Source: Candidatus Falkowbacteria bacterium
GTDB taxonomy: Bacteria > Patescibacteriota > Patescibacteriia > Patescibacteriales > WJLG01
Direction of reading: 5' to 3'
NCBI GenBank assembly: GCA_963747695.1
Contig: CAVVFV010000010.1
Coordinates: 325,618 to 389,617, forward strand
DNA: 64,000 nt
Shown here: positions 26,686 to 35,626 of the stretch, one piece after another
Numbering within the stretch: the stretch's first letter is position 1
How the letters are laid out: every line of letters starts with the position of its first letter
Translations under genes and position numbers: made by a program
Notes under the pieces: generated by a model
What the model was told of the DNA's origin: nothing
Seen by the model: only the letters and a program-made list of their open reading frames with translations
The model's database searches: none

Positions 26686-29625
26686 TTAGGGTTGTGGTGT
26701 GCCGGACTGAGCGCGGGTGATCGAGACGGTGGCTTCTCCAGTCTTGACCAGATCGCCTTCCCAACTGTATGCCTTGCCGAAAATCGTGTAGGTTCCTGAA
26801 GTGAGCGGCCCGGGCCAGCTGAAAGAAATATCACTACCAGTGATCGAATTGATTGTGCCCAATAAGGTGTCGGCACCGCCGCTGGGGCGCGTGTAGACCT
26901 CGATGCGGCCGACCTGATTAGAGTTGGTTAATTGGAACTTAAGGATAGCCGGCAATTCGCCTTCGCCCAAAGCCAAGCCGCTGGGCGGCCAGGTGAGCGC
27001 GGCTGTGAAAGAAGTGTTGATTTTTTCGTTGCCTCCGACCAGGTTGATTTCGACGGCATCGGAAGAACAATTGCCCACATCATCGCAGGCGGTCACTTTA
27101 AGTTCGTGGTAACCATTGGCCAAGAAGGAAAGCGATTGATTGTTCAGGTTGAAGAAGCTGCCGGATTTTTCAACGAAAAGATTATCGTTGATATAATAAT
27201 TTACCGTAGCGATTCCGCGCGGTGCCGAAGCCTGGATGTCGGTCGACAAGAAGTTCCCGGTGATGATTGCATTATTAGTCGGACTGATTATTTTTACCGT
27301 CGGTTTATTCTCTTGGGTGTGGACGTTGTCGAATAATGTCGGCGGCGTGCCGGAGGCTGTCGCGATGCTGGAGGTGGCGGCTTGTTTGGCGGTCCAAGCC
27401 TGGACATCTTTCTCCCACTCGGCATATTGCGGATCTTGGGAAGGGTCGGTGGGCACCGGCCCGGTCGGGTCGTCTTTATTCACGTAATAAAGAATAGAAT
27501 GATTTTGGTTATAGGTTTTTTGGATGATCATGTCCGGCGGGGTCAGGTCGGTCGCCAATAAGCCGGTAACTTTGTCGACGTTGACTGTTTGACCCGGAAT
27601 CGCGCCATCAAGGATCGGCTTGCCGGTTATCGGAATAGTTGGCTTGTTGAATTGTTCGATCGGCGTATTGGCTAGGACAGTGGTCATATATTCGTGCCAG
27701 ATCGGACCGGCAGCGTTGACGGCCTCGGAACTCTTGTTCATCGCTTTGTTATCGCTATTGCCGACCCAGACTCCGGTAACGATCGAAGGCGTGTAGCCCA
27801 TCTGCCAGGCATCATGGTAATCGTTGGTCGTGCCGGTTTTGGCGGCGACCGGGCGATCGCCGAGCTGCAAGTTGCTGTGCAAGCCGAACATATAGGCGCG
27901 GGCGTTGTTGTCGGACAAAACATCGGTGATTTCGCGGGCTACATTCTGGTCCAAAACGGTTTGCTGTTGCGGCTGCCACTGTTGCAAAACTTTTCCGTCC
28001 TTATCTTCGACTTTCAAGATCGTCGCATACGGATGGTAAACCCCTTCCTGGGCGAAAATCCCATAAGCGTTCGTGTGCTCCAGTAGTTCGACTTCGGCGC
28101 CGCCCAAGGCGAGCGATAAGCCAAAACGGCTGGGATCGTTCAAGCTGGTGTAACCGAAAGTCTTGGCCAGCGCGACGATGTTATCCAAACCGGCCAGATA
28201 AGTGGCCTTGACCGCCGGAATATTCAATGAGCCTTGCAGCGCCGTGCGGATGCTCACCGGCCCTAATTCCTTGCCGGTAAAGTCTTGGGGCTGGTAAGGA
28301 TTTTTCGGGTCAGAAGAAAAATTGGTTGAGACGTCATAAAGAATGGTGTTAGGGGTATAGCCTTTCAAGAAAAGCGCCGAATAGACTACGGGTTTAAGCG
28401 ATGAACCGGGCTGACGCAAAGAAGTGGCGATGTTGACCTGGCCGTCGATATCCTCGTTGAAATAATCGCGCGAGCCGACCATCGCGAGCACCTGGCCGGT
28501 TTTGGGATCGATGGAGACCAATGCGGCGTTAGAAGCGCCAAAACTGTTATAAGGACTTTCTTTACCGGTTTTTTTATCGACGATCTTGGTTCTGTCCCAC
28601 CAGTCATTGATGGATTTTTCTGCGGCCTGCTGGTCGGTCATGTCCAACGAGGTGGTAATTTTTAAGCCACCTTGCTCCACCATCGCTTCGCCATATTCTT
28701 GAGTCAATAATTCTTTGACGTACATGACAAAATGAGGGGCGACAATATTTTCCGTGTCCACCGCGAATTTGAGTGTTTCGTTCTTGGCGGCAGTGGCCTC
28801 ATCATTAGTGATGTAGCCTTGGGCAGCCATCAAATCCAAAATGTAATGCTGGCGGGCGATGAGCAAATCTTTATGCGAGCCGTAAGGCGAATAGACTGTC
28901 GGCGATTGCGGCAGCGCCGCCAAGACGGCAGCCTCGGCCAGATCAATGTTTTTGACGTCTTTGTTGAAATAGCGCTGGCTGGCCGCTTCCACGCCGTAAG
29001 CGGTGGAACCGTAAGGGATCTCGTTAAGATACATCTGCAAGATTTGGTCTTTGGAAAATTTTTGTTCCAGTTTGTAAGCCAAGATCAACTCTTTGATCTT
29101 CCGGGTGAACGTCTTTTCATTGGTGAGCACGGCATTCTTGATAAACTGCTGAGTCAAGGTCGAGCCGCCGGCCGTCTTGTGAAAAACAATATCAGTGAAA
29201 GCGGTGCGCAAGATCGCCTGGACGCTAAAGCCGGATTTTTCCTCGTAAAAATTTTTGTCTTCGACGGCGATCGTCGCCCACTTGACGTTGTTGGGGATGT
29301 CCTGAAGCTGCACCAAAGTTCGCGCTTGGTCGCCGTGGATTTCGTAAAGCAAAACCGTGCCGGTCCGATCGTAGATCTTGGTGCTTTGCGCCACCTGCCG
29401 GTCTAAGAGCTGGTTCGGGTTGGGTAAGTCGCGGGAAAGCCAGGCAAAAAGCGCGAACAGCGAAACAATGCCCAGCAAAACCAGGATGACGATAACTTTA
29501 AGCATTGTTTTATTAAAAATAAAGCGGGTGACAGGATTACCCTTTTTATTTCTGGCTTGCCAGCTGGAATTATTCATCGGGGTATGATTGGCCTTTTTGG
29601 ACGACCAAGTTTGTTGAAAATTCAT
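26686..29625 (-). CDS. Class A penicillin-binding protein (PBP1A-type) with a long C-terminal Ig-like extension
   Basis: GT51 motifs AVEDKNFYEE and GGSTLTQQFIKN. Transpeptidase motifs SSLKP (SxxK), SLN and KTGTTND. About 250 extra beta-rich C-terminal residues. Confidence 0.9.
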   Translation of the reverse strand: MNFQQTWSSKKANHTPMNNSSWQARNKKGNPVTRFIFNKTMLKVIVILVLLGIVSLFALFAWLSRDLPNPNQLLDRQVAQSTKIYDRTGTVLLYEIHGDQARTLVQLQDIPNNVKWATIAVEDKNFYEEKSGFSVQAILRTAFTDIVFHKTAGGSTLTQQFIKNAVLTNEKTFTRKIKELILAYKLEQKFSKDQILQMYLNEIPYGSTAYGVEAASQRYFNKDVKNIDLAEAAVLAALPQSPTVYSPYGSHKDLLIARQHYILDLMAAQGYITNDEATAAKNETLKFAVDTENIVAPHFVMYVKELLTQEYGEAMVEQGGLKITTSLDMTDQQAAEKSINDWWDRTKIVDKKTGKESPYNSFGASNAALVSIDPKTGQVLAMVGSRDYFNEDIDGQVNIATSLRQPGSSLKPVVYSALFLKGYTPNTILYDVSTNFSSDPKNPYQPQDFTGKELGPVSIRTALQGSLNIPAVKATYLAGLDNIVALAKTFGYTSLNDPSRFGLSLALGGAEVELLEHTNAYGIFAQEGVYHPYATILKVEDKDGKVLQQWQPQQQTVLDQNVAREITDVLSDNNARAYMFGLHSNLQLGDRPVAAKTGTTNDYHDAWQMGYTPSIVTGVWVGNSDNKAMNKSSEAVNAAGPIWHEYMTTVLANTPIEQFNKPTIPITGKPILDGAIPGQTVNVDKVTGLLATDLTPPDMIIQKTYNQNHSILYYVNKDDPTGPVPTDPSQDPQYAEWEKDVQAWTAKQAATSSIATASGTPPTLFDNVHTQENKPTVKIISPTNNAIITGNFLSTDIQASAPRGIATVNYYINDNLFVEKSGSFFNLNNQSLSFLANGYHELKVTACDDVGNCSSDAVEINLVGGNEKINTSFTAALTWPPSGLALGEGELPAILKFQLTNSNQVGRIEVYTRPSGGADTLLGTINSITGSDISFSWPGPLTSGTYTIFGKAYSWEGDLVKTGEATVSITRAQSGTPQP

Positions 29626-29859
29626 AATAATTGTCTTGAAGTAGCGTATATAATACCTTAGAAATAATATAACGTCAAGATAAACCCATTATAACATAAT
29701 TAAACGCCGACAGCTAAAAAATAATGAAGTTAAATTAAAAAAAAAGAGAAGATAAATAGCTAAAAGAGGTGTTTTTTTGCCATTGACAAAAAGATAAAAT
29801 AGTGCTAAGATATAGACAGTAAATAATTGTTATTTCACCAATAAACAAAGGAGCGCGTC

Positions 29860-30003
29860 ATGGATGAATATTATAATCAGAAGAAGAACCCTGGCAAAAA
29901 AGCGTCAAACGCAATCATGCCTTGGCTAGTATTGGGAGCCGTTGTGGTTATCGTCCTCGGCATAATCGTTGAATTAATGGGCAAAGCTTCTGGGCTTTGG
30001 TAA
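29860..30003 (+). CDS. Small single-TM hypothetical protein (47 aa)
   Basis: Below the ORF-track cutoff. SD aaaggag upstream. Sequence MDEYYNQKKNPGKKASNAIMPWLVLGAVVVIVLGIIVELMGKASGLW. Confidence 0.4.
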   Translation: MDEYYNQKKNPGKKASNAIMPWLVLGAVVVIVLGIIVELMGKASGLW

Positions 30004-30148
30004 AACAATTTCAACAAAGAAATGAAAAGACTATGGCTTTATCGCGTAGTCTTTTTTCATTTAATAAAACAAACAAACAAAAACCGCCCGGATTTTTCCG
30101 AACGGTTTTTGTTTGTATATTTTTAACTTTTAATTTTAAACTTTTAAC

Positions 30149-32404
30149 TTATCTTCGGTCTCGCCTCGGGCCGCGGTTACCGCCGCCGAATTCCCGGCGC
30201 GGACGGAAACCGCCGCCGAACTCGCCTTTCTGTTCGCCTTTGCGGTCGACCCAGAGCGGTTCGTTCTCTTTGCAGTCTTTCATCGATAAGTTGATCCGGC
30301 CCTGGTCATCGATCTCATCGATCTTGACGGTAACCATCTGGCCGACGGAAACTAAATCCGACGGACTGCCGACGCGGTAAGGCGCCAGCTTGGAAACGTG
30401 GACCATGCCGTCGTTGCCCGGAGTCAATTCGACAAAAGCGCCGAAGTCCAAAATCTTAGCTACCGGACCGGTGAAGATTTCGCCGGCCTTGAATTCATGA
30501 CAGATATTTTTTATCCAATCGACAGCTTTGGCGACATTCTCGGCCTTGGTGCCGGTAACAAAAACCGAACCATCGTCTTCGATATCGATTTCGACTTCAT
30601 GCTCATCGATTATCTTATTGATCATCTTGCCACCGGGGCCGATGACGTCGCGGATCTTTTCCGGATTGATCATAAAGCTGACAACGCGCGGCGCGTAAGG
30701 CGATAATTCAGCGCGCGGCGCCGGAATGGCCTGGGCCATCACTTCTAATATCTGCAAGCGCCCCTTGCGGCCGCGTTCTAAAGCTTCTTTGACGACGTCC
30801 AAGATCAAGCCGTCGGTCTTGGTATCAAGCTGGATAGCGGTGATGCCTTCCGAGGTGCCGGTGATCTTAAAATCCATGCCGCCTTTGCCGTCTTCCAAGT
30901 CTTGGATATCAGTTAAGACTTTCCAGCGGCTCATATCGGCGTTGGAAGCCAGACCGATGGCCACGCCCGCGACCGGACGTTTGATCGGCACGCCCGCGTC
31001 CATTAATGAGAGAGAGGAGCAGCAAGTCGAGCCCATCGAAGATGAACCGTTCGAGCCCATGGTTTCGGAAACGACGCGGATGGTATAAGGGAATTCATTT
31101 TTTTCAGGAATGACCGGCAGCAAGGCTTTTTCCGCCAAAGCGCCGTGGCCGATTTCGCGGCGACCCGGGCCGCGGTTCGGGCCGGTTTCGCCGACCGAGT
31201 AGGAAGGGAAATTATAATGATGCATAAAGCGCTTGGTGCTTTTGCCTTCCAGTCCTTCCAAATTTTGTTCCAAGCCCGGCGCGCCCAAAGTGACGATCGA
31301 CATAATCTGGGTTTCGCCGCGGCTGAATAAACCGGTGCCGTGATTGCGGGGCAATAAAGCGACTTCGGAATAAAGCTGGCGGATCTCGTCGAGTTTTCGT
31401 CCATCGACGCGTTTTTCGTTGTCCAAAAGCTGTTTGGTGATTTCGGCATCGACCGCGTCTTCGACGGTCTGGCCGATGACGTACTTGCGCAGGTCTTCAC
31501 TGATGTCCTGGTCGAATAAATATTTATCCAAACCTTCCTTGATCTTGGCGACGGCCAGCTTTCTTTCGCCTTTGGTGTAATATTCTTTGTCGAAAAGAGT
31601 GGCAAAAACATTTTTGGCAAGCCAGCTTTCGGCAACAGCGATTATCTTTTTCTTTTCTTCATCCTTTTGAATCTGCTCGGCGGACAAAAGCCGGGTCTTG
31701 GCGGTTTTTTGCTTGACGCCGACTTTTTTCTTGAAGTCATTGATCAGTTCGATCGCCGGCTGCATTTCGGTTTGGGCTTTAGTGATCGCCTCGAGAATTA
31801 TTTCTTCCTTGACTTCGTTGGCGCCGGCTTCGATCATCACGGTGCGGTCTTTGGTGCCGACCACGGTCAATTCCATCTGGCTTGTCGCCATTTGGGTGAA
31901 GCTCGGATTGAATACTAAGCTGCCTTCGATCAGACCGACTTTGACGCCGCTGATCGGCCCTTTCCATTCGATGCCGGAAATGGTCAACGCGGCCGAAGCG
32001 GCGACCAAGGCGACGATGTCATAATTGTTTTCGTTGTCATAAGACAAAACCGTGCAGACGACTTGCGTGTCTTTGCGGGAATCGCCGGAGAATAACGGAC
32101 GTAGTGAACGGTCAACCATCCGGCCGTTCAAGATCGATTCATCAGACGGACGTCCTTCACGCTTGATCCATCGGGAACCCTTGATGATGCCGGCCGCATA
32201 AAGTCGTTCTTCAAAATCGACCATCAACGGGAAATAATCGACGTTGCGTTCTTCTTTAGCTTCGACGACGGTGGCCAAGACGACGGTCTCGCCGTATTGG
32301 CAGATGACGGCCGCGTCAGCCTGTTGCGCCACTTTACCGGTGCGCAGAGAAAGTGGGCGGCCAAGCCATTGACCCGTCACTTTCTGTTCTTGAAAGTTAC
32401 TCAT
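30149..32404 (-). CDS. pnp: Polyribonucleotide nucleotidyltransferase (PNPase) with an RGG-like tail
   Basis: Two RNase PH domains, KH (GPGGKMINKIIDE) and S1 (GEIFTGPVAKILDFGAFVELTPGNDGMVHVSKL). C-terminal GGGFRPRREFGGGNRGPRRDRR. Confidence 0.95.
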   Translation of the reverse strand: MSNFQEQKVTGQWLGRPLSLRTGKVAQQADAAVICQYGETVVLATVVEAKEERNVDYFPLMVDFEERLYAAGIIKGSRWIKREGRPSDESILNGRMVDRSLRPLFSGDSRKDTQVVCTVLSYDNENNYDIVALVAASAALTISGIEWKGPISGVKVGLIEGSLVFNPSFTQMATSQMELTVVGTKDRTVMIEAGANEVKEEIILEAITKAQTEMQPAIELINDFKKKVGVKQKTAKTRLLSAEQIQKDEEKKKIIAVAESWLAKNVFATLFDKEYYTKGERKLAVAKIKEGLDKYLFDQDISEDLRKYVIGQTVEDAVDAEITKQLLDNEKRVDGRKLDEIRQLYSEVALLPRNHGTGLFSRGETQIMSIVTLGAPGLEQNLEGLEGKSTKRFMHHYNFPSYSVGETGPNRGPGRREIGHGALAEKALLPVIPEKNEFPYTIRVVSETMGSNGSSSMGSTCCSSLSLMDAGVPIKRPVAGVAIGLASNADMSRWKVLTDIQDLEDGKGGMDFKITGTSEGITAIQLDTKTDGLILDVVKEALERGRKGRLQILEVMAQAIPAPRAELSPYAPRVVSFMINPEKIRDVIGPGGKMINKIIDEHEVEIDIEDDGSVFVTGTKAENVAKAVDWIKNICHEFKAGEIFTGPVAKILDFGAFVELTPGNDGMVHVSKLAPYRVGSPSDLVSVGQMVTVKIDEIDDQGRINLSMKDCKENEPLWVDRKGEQKGEFGGGFRPRREFGGGNRGPRRDRR

Positions 32405-32578
32405 GTTGTGATTTGTGCTTGGCCGACAAACTTCAGTCCGATTAGGAACTGCGTGTTTGGCGACCAGGCGTTATATTAAATTATTACTAATTAATTCTAA
32501 TGCTAATTTTCGAATGACGCGAATCAAAATATTTTTAGGTGGTGTGGGAAGATTGTTTCTTCCCACGCTGTTAAAGAG

Positions 32579-32869
32579 CTAGGTGGTACGATCCTTTTTT
32601 GGATTCAAGTAATAAAAGGCAAAGAAGATTATAAGTGGGCCGTAAAGGATAAATTCAAAACATCCGTTCTCTGGATGCTTTGACGCGAATACACCAACAC
32701 CTCCAATTAAGGAGACGAATAATCCTACCAGTATTACGACTCCCATACAAACGTAGTCCAAGCAAAGAGATGCTACCTGCAGCTCGCTTTTTAATGTTTT
32801 GCTTTCTTTTACTGTGCAAAGAAAAGCCTTCCAATAACGAGCCATTGCCCCTAAAACGTTTCTCAACAT
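32579..32869 (-). CDS. Hypothetical small membrane protein
   Basis: 96 aa with two hydrophobic helices. Terminator gtgggaag..cttcccac just downstream at 32553-32575. Confidence 0.45.
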   Translation of the reverse strand: MLRNVLGAMARYWKAFLCTVKESKTLKSELQVASLCLDYVCMGVVILVGLFVSLIGGVGVFASKHPENGCFEFILYGPLIIFFAFYYLNPKKDRTT

Positions 32870-32970
32870 TTTGGCCTCCTCAGGTTAAATTTGTTTTGGT
32901 GAAACACCGCCTAAAAATATTTTGTAAAGATCAAGATAGTATTAAAACTCTTTAAAAATTAGTATTGTAT

Positions 32971-33468
32971 TTATCTTATTAGAAATTTTTTATTCTCGCT
33001 TAAATCAATAAAATCATCGGCGGCCTCTATCAGTTTTGAGGAACAGGATTTGCGGAAAGCGAGTACTTCAACCAAACAGCCTTTGGTATTTTGCAGATAT
33101 TCAACCAGCGGAACATAATCGCCGTCGCCGGAAACTATAACTATGACGTCCAATTTTTCCGCTAGCTTGACCGCGTCAATCGTTAAGCCAACATCCCAGT
33201 CCCCTTTTTTGGTGCCGCCGGGAAAAATTTGTAAGTCTTTCATGTTCACTTCAAAGCCCAATTGAGACAATGCTTCAAAAAACGGTGTTTCTTCTTCTCC
33301 TTCGGTTTTGACGACGTAAGCGATGGCGCGGATCAATTTCCGGTCCGCGACCGCGGCCTCCAGAACTTCTTTATAATTCAGGTGGGCGCTGAAAAGATTT
33401 CGGGCCGAGTGATACATATTAGATGCATCAACAAGGACTCCTACTCTTTGCTCCTTATGTTTTATCAT
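32971..33468 (-). CDS. NYN/LabA-like domain protein
   Basis: VGVLVDASNMY and VIVIVSGDGDYVPLVEYLQ. The ATG at 33468 is preferred over the GTG at 33507. Confidence 0.75.
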   Translation of the reverse strand: MIKHKEQRVGVLVDASNMYHSARNLFSAHLNYKEVLEAAVADRKLIRAIAYVVKTEGEEETPFFEALSQLGFEVNMKDLQIFPGGTKKGDWDVGLTIDAVKLAEKLDVIVIVSGDGDYVPLVEYLQNTKGCLVEVLAFRKSCSSKLIEAADDFIDLSENKKFLIR

Positions 33469-33687
33469 AATAATATAATTTAAACTAAGAAAATAAATCC
33501 GAAGCACGAAATCCTAAATCCGAAACAAGCACGAATTTTCAAAATCCAAAATTCAAAACACGTTTTAAATTTTTGTCATTTGAATATTTGATTTGTTTGG
33601 GATTTCGAGCTTAGAATTTCGGATTTTAAATGTTGATAAAGGATTTAAATAAATATAAGCCCGAAAATCGGGCCTATATTATAAAAA

Positions 33688-34068
33688 CTAGTCGTTTTTT
33701 TCTAAAGCAGCCTCTTCGCGCATGGCTTCGTCTTCGGCGGCGCCTTCGGCAGCCAACTTGGCCAAAGCGTCTTCCCTTTCCTTGTCCTCTTCCATCTTCT
33801 TGGCGATCTTCAATTTCAATTTTTCCGCCACATCGGTAAAGGCTTTTTCATTCTCCTTCTGCAAATACTTCAACAATTTTCTCCGCTCGCTGACTTTTTT
33901 CAGCAATCCCCGCCGGGAAGAAAAATCTTTACGATGTTCTTGCAAGTGCTTGGTCAATTGCTTGATCTCTTCGGTTAAAATGGCGATCTGGACTTGCGGC
34001 GAACCCGTGTCGTTGGCGTGTTCCTGAAACTTTTTGATGATCTTCTCTTTGATTTTTTTGTCTAACAT
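33688..34068 (-). CDS. rpsO: 30S ribosomal protein S15 with an acidic/Ala-rich C-terminal extension
   Basis: [48 protein letters not shown], plus about 37 extra residues. Confidence 0.9.
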   Translation of the reverse strand: MLDKKIKEKIIKKFQEHANDTGSPQVQIAILTEEIKQLTKHLQEHRKDFSSRRGLLKKVSERRKLLKYLQKENEKAFTDVAEKLKLKIAKKMEEDKEREDALAKLAAEGAAEDEAMREEAALEKND

Positions 34069-34212
34069 TGGCTTTTGCCGTAGCCGAGAAACGGTTAAGG
34101 CCTAAGGGGCCTCTGCCGCAACCAAGATAGGGTTACATATTATTATTTTAAAGATACAATAAAGATAACATAATAGTTTGAAAAAAGCAAGATTAGGGCT
34201 TGGAAAATGAAA

Positions 34213-34238
34213 AAGCGGACAGGATGGCTGTCCGCTTG
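34213..34238 (-). terminator. Intrinsic terminator of the 34261-35469 gene
   Basis: Minus-sense aagcggacagcc-atcc-tgtccgctt followed by tttt. Confidence 0.7.
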
Positions 34239-34260
34239 AGTATGGTTAAGGTGAAAAAGT

Positions 34261-35469
34261 CTACTTCTTTACGTTGGCCTTTTGTCCGTTTTCCGTTGGT
34301 CCTTTGGGGGCGGTTTGGTCGGCCGGTTTTCCTGGCGCAGTTTGAGCTTTCTGCCCCGCTCCGGATGACTTTTCTTCATCCGTGGCTAATGATTTGAGCT
34401 GTTGGTTGAGTTCGCCCAATTCTTTTATCGTTTTCTTGACACTCGCAGCCGCAGCCAGTGGTTCAGAGCGCTGATTGAGCTTGTTAATTGCTTTAATCGT
34501 TCGCTTGATTTTTTTCTCCGTATAGATTTTTTTTCTGAACTCCATTACCGCCGGAGGCCCATTGAAGATCAAGAACGGGATAGCCGCTAGACCCGCATAC
34601 CATAGCATCGCCTGCCAACTGCTAGTTCGCCAGCCGACAAAGAAAATCGTCTCGACGAGGTAAAAGATGCCCAGAGGGATAACGCAGCCCCTGATCGTAC
34701 CTTTTTTATCAAACCTGTTTTCCGGGTCAAGCCACCTTTTGTAGTCATCTTTGATTGTCGTTGCCACCAGGACGAGGAATCCGAAAGAAAACCCCAGATT
34801 GGCTAGCAGCAGTTTCATCGGCCAGGTGGTGATGGCGGTTTGGAAAAGAGCAATACTTTCGATAGTCAGGAAAGTCAAGGAAATGGCGACGAAGATCCCG
34901 CCCATTGTCAAATAAACAGGATTATGGATTTCCTTTTTCCCTTGGCTGGCGATGGCGCAAAAACCGGCAAACAGAAACATTAATAGCACGTTGATCGCCA
35001 TGAGCGGATCAACAGTCCGTTTCAAGCCGACTTCGCTTTCCATTGGCATGATGACTTTGTTGCCTTCATCGATAAAATACTCGATTCCGGACTTGACCTT
35101 GCCAACCATCAGTGAGAGAAAACCGCTATAAGTCGTTTTGTACGACGCAAAGACGATGGAATCTTTGTGCTGTAAGGCTACGGTCGCTTGATCGGCGGTG
35201 ATTGTGTCGCTCCCTACATAAATCCGTTCCTGCTCCAGCGATGTCTTGGACGAACCGTCGAAGCGGTAAAATTGGCCCGCTTTGGCCGGCCGCAAACAAT
35301 GCTGCTCGCTGGAATTTTGCCGCCAAATCGACCAATAACCGGTTGTGCCTCGCATCACCACATATTCGGTATTCGAATAGAGGGGGTTGCACGGCTTACA
35401 GTACGCGTTTTCTTCCGCTGCGCCCGGGACGGCTGCGAGCAGCGACAAAAACAGAAAGAGATAAGGCAT
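34261..35469 (-). CDS. Hypothetical polytopic membrane protein with signal peptide and C-terminal coiled-coil
   Basis: SD aaggagg lies 5 nt before the ATG at 35469 (MPYLFLFLSLLAAVPGAAEE). At least 6 TM helices. Confidence 0.6.
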   Translation of the reverse strand: MPYLFLFLSLLAAVPGAAEENAYCKPCNPLYSNTEYVVMRGTTGYWSIWRQNSSEQHCLRPAKAGQFYRFDGSSKTSLEQERIYVGSDTITADQATVALQHKDSIVFASYKTTYSGFLSLMVGKVKSGIEYFIDEGNKVIMPMESEVGLKRTVDPLMAINVLLMFLFAGFCAIASQGKKEIHNPVYLTMGGIFVAISLTFLTIESIALFQTAITTWPMKLLLANLGFSFGFLVLVATTIKDDYKRWLDPENRFDKKGTIRGCVIPLGIFYLVETIFFVGWRTSSWQAMLWYAGLAAIPFLIFNGPPAVMEFRKKIYTEKKIKRTIKAINKLNQRSEPLAAAASVKKTIKELGELNQQLKSLATDEEKSSGAGQKAQTAPGKPADQTAPKGPTENGQKANVKK

Positions 35470-35626
35470 AGCGCCTCCTTTGAGTAAGGTGAAGGTTGAT
35501 ATTTTCCTAATAATATCCGACAATAATTGACAAGGTACAAAAATCACCCTACTTTATAATATCAAGCTTAATTTGTCAAGTCGACGACTTGGCGGATTGT
35601 CCGGATAACCGTATACTTTATTTATT

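Noticed and set aside
28732-29406. 224-aa plus-strand ORF, and several others in 26924-28086
   Set aside because: All lie antisense within the PBP1A gene, whose GT51 and transpeptidase motifs establish the true frame.
31003-31635. 210-aa minus-strand ORF in an alternative frame of pnp
   Set aside because: It shares the strand with pnp but is out of frame. The product is Ala/Arg/Ser/Pro-rich, and the PNPase frame is unambiguous.
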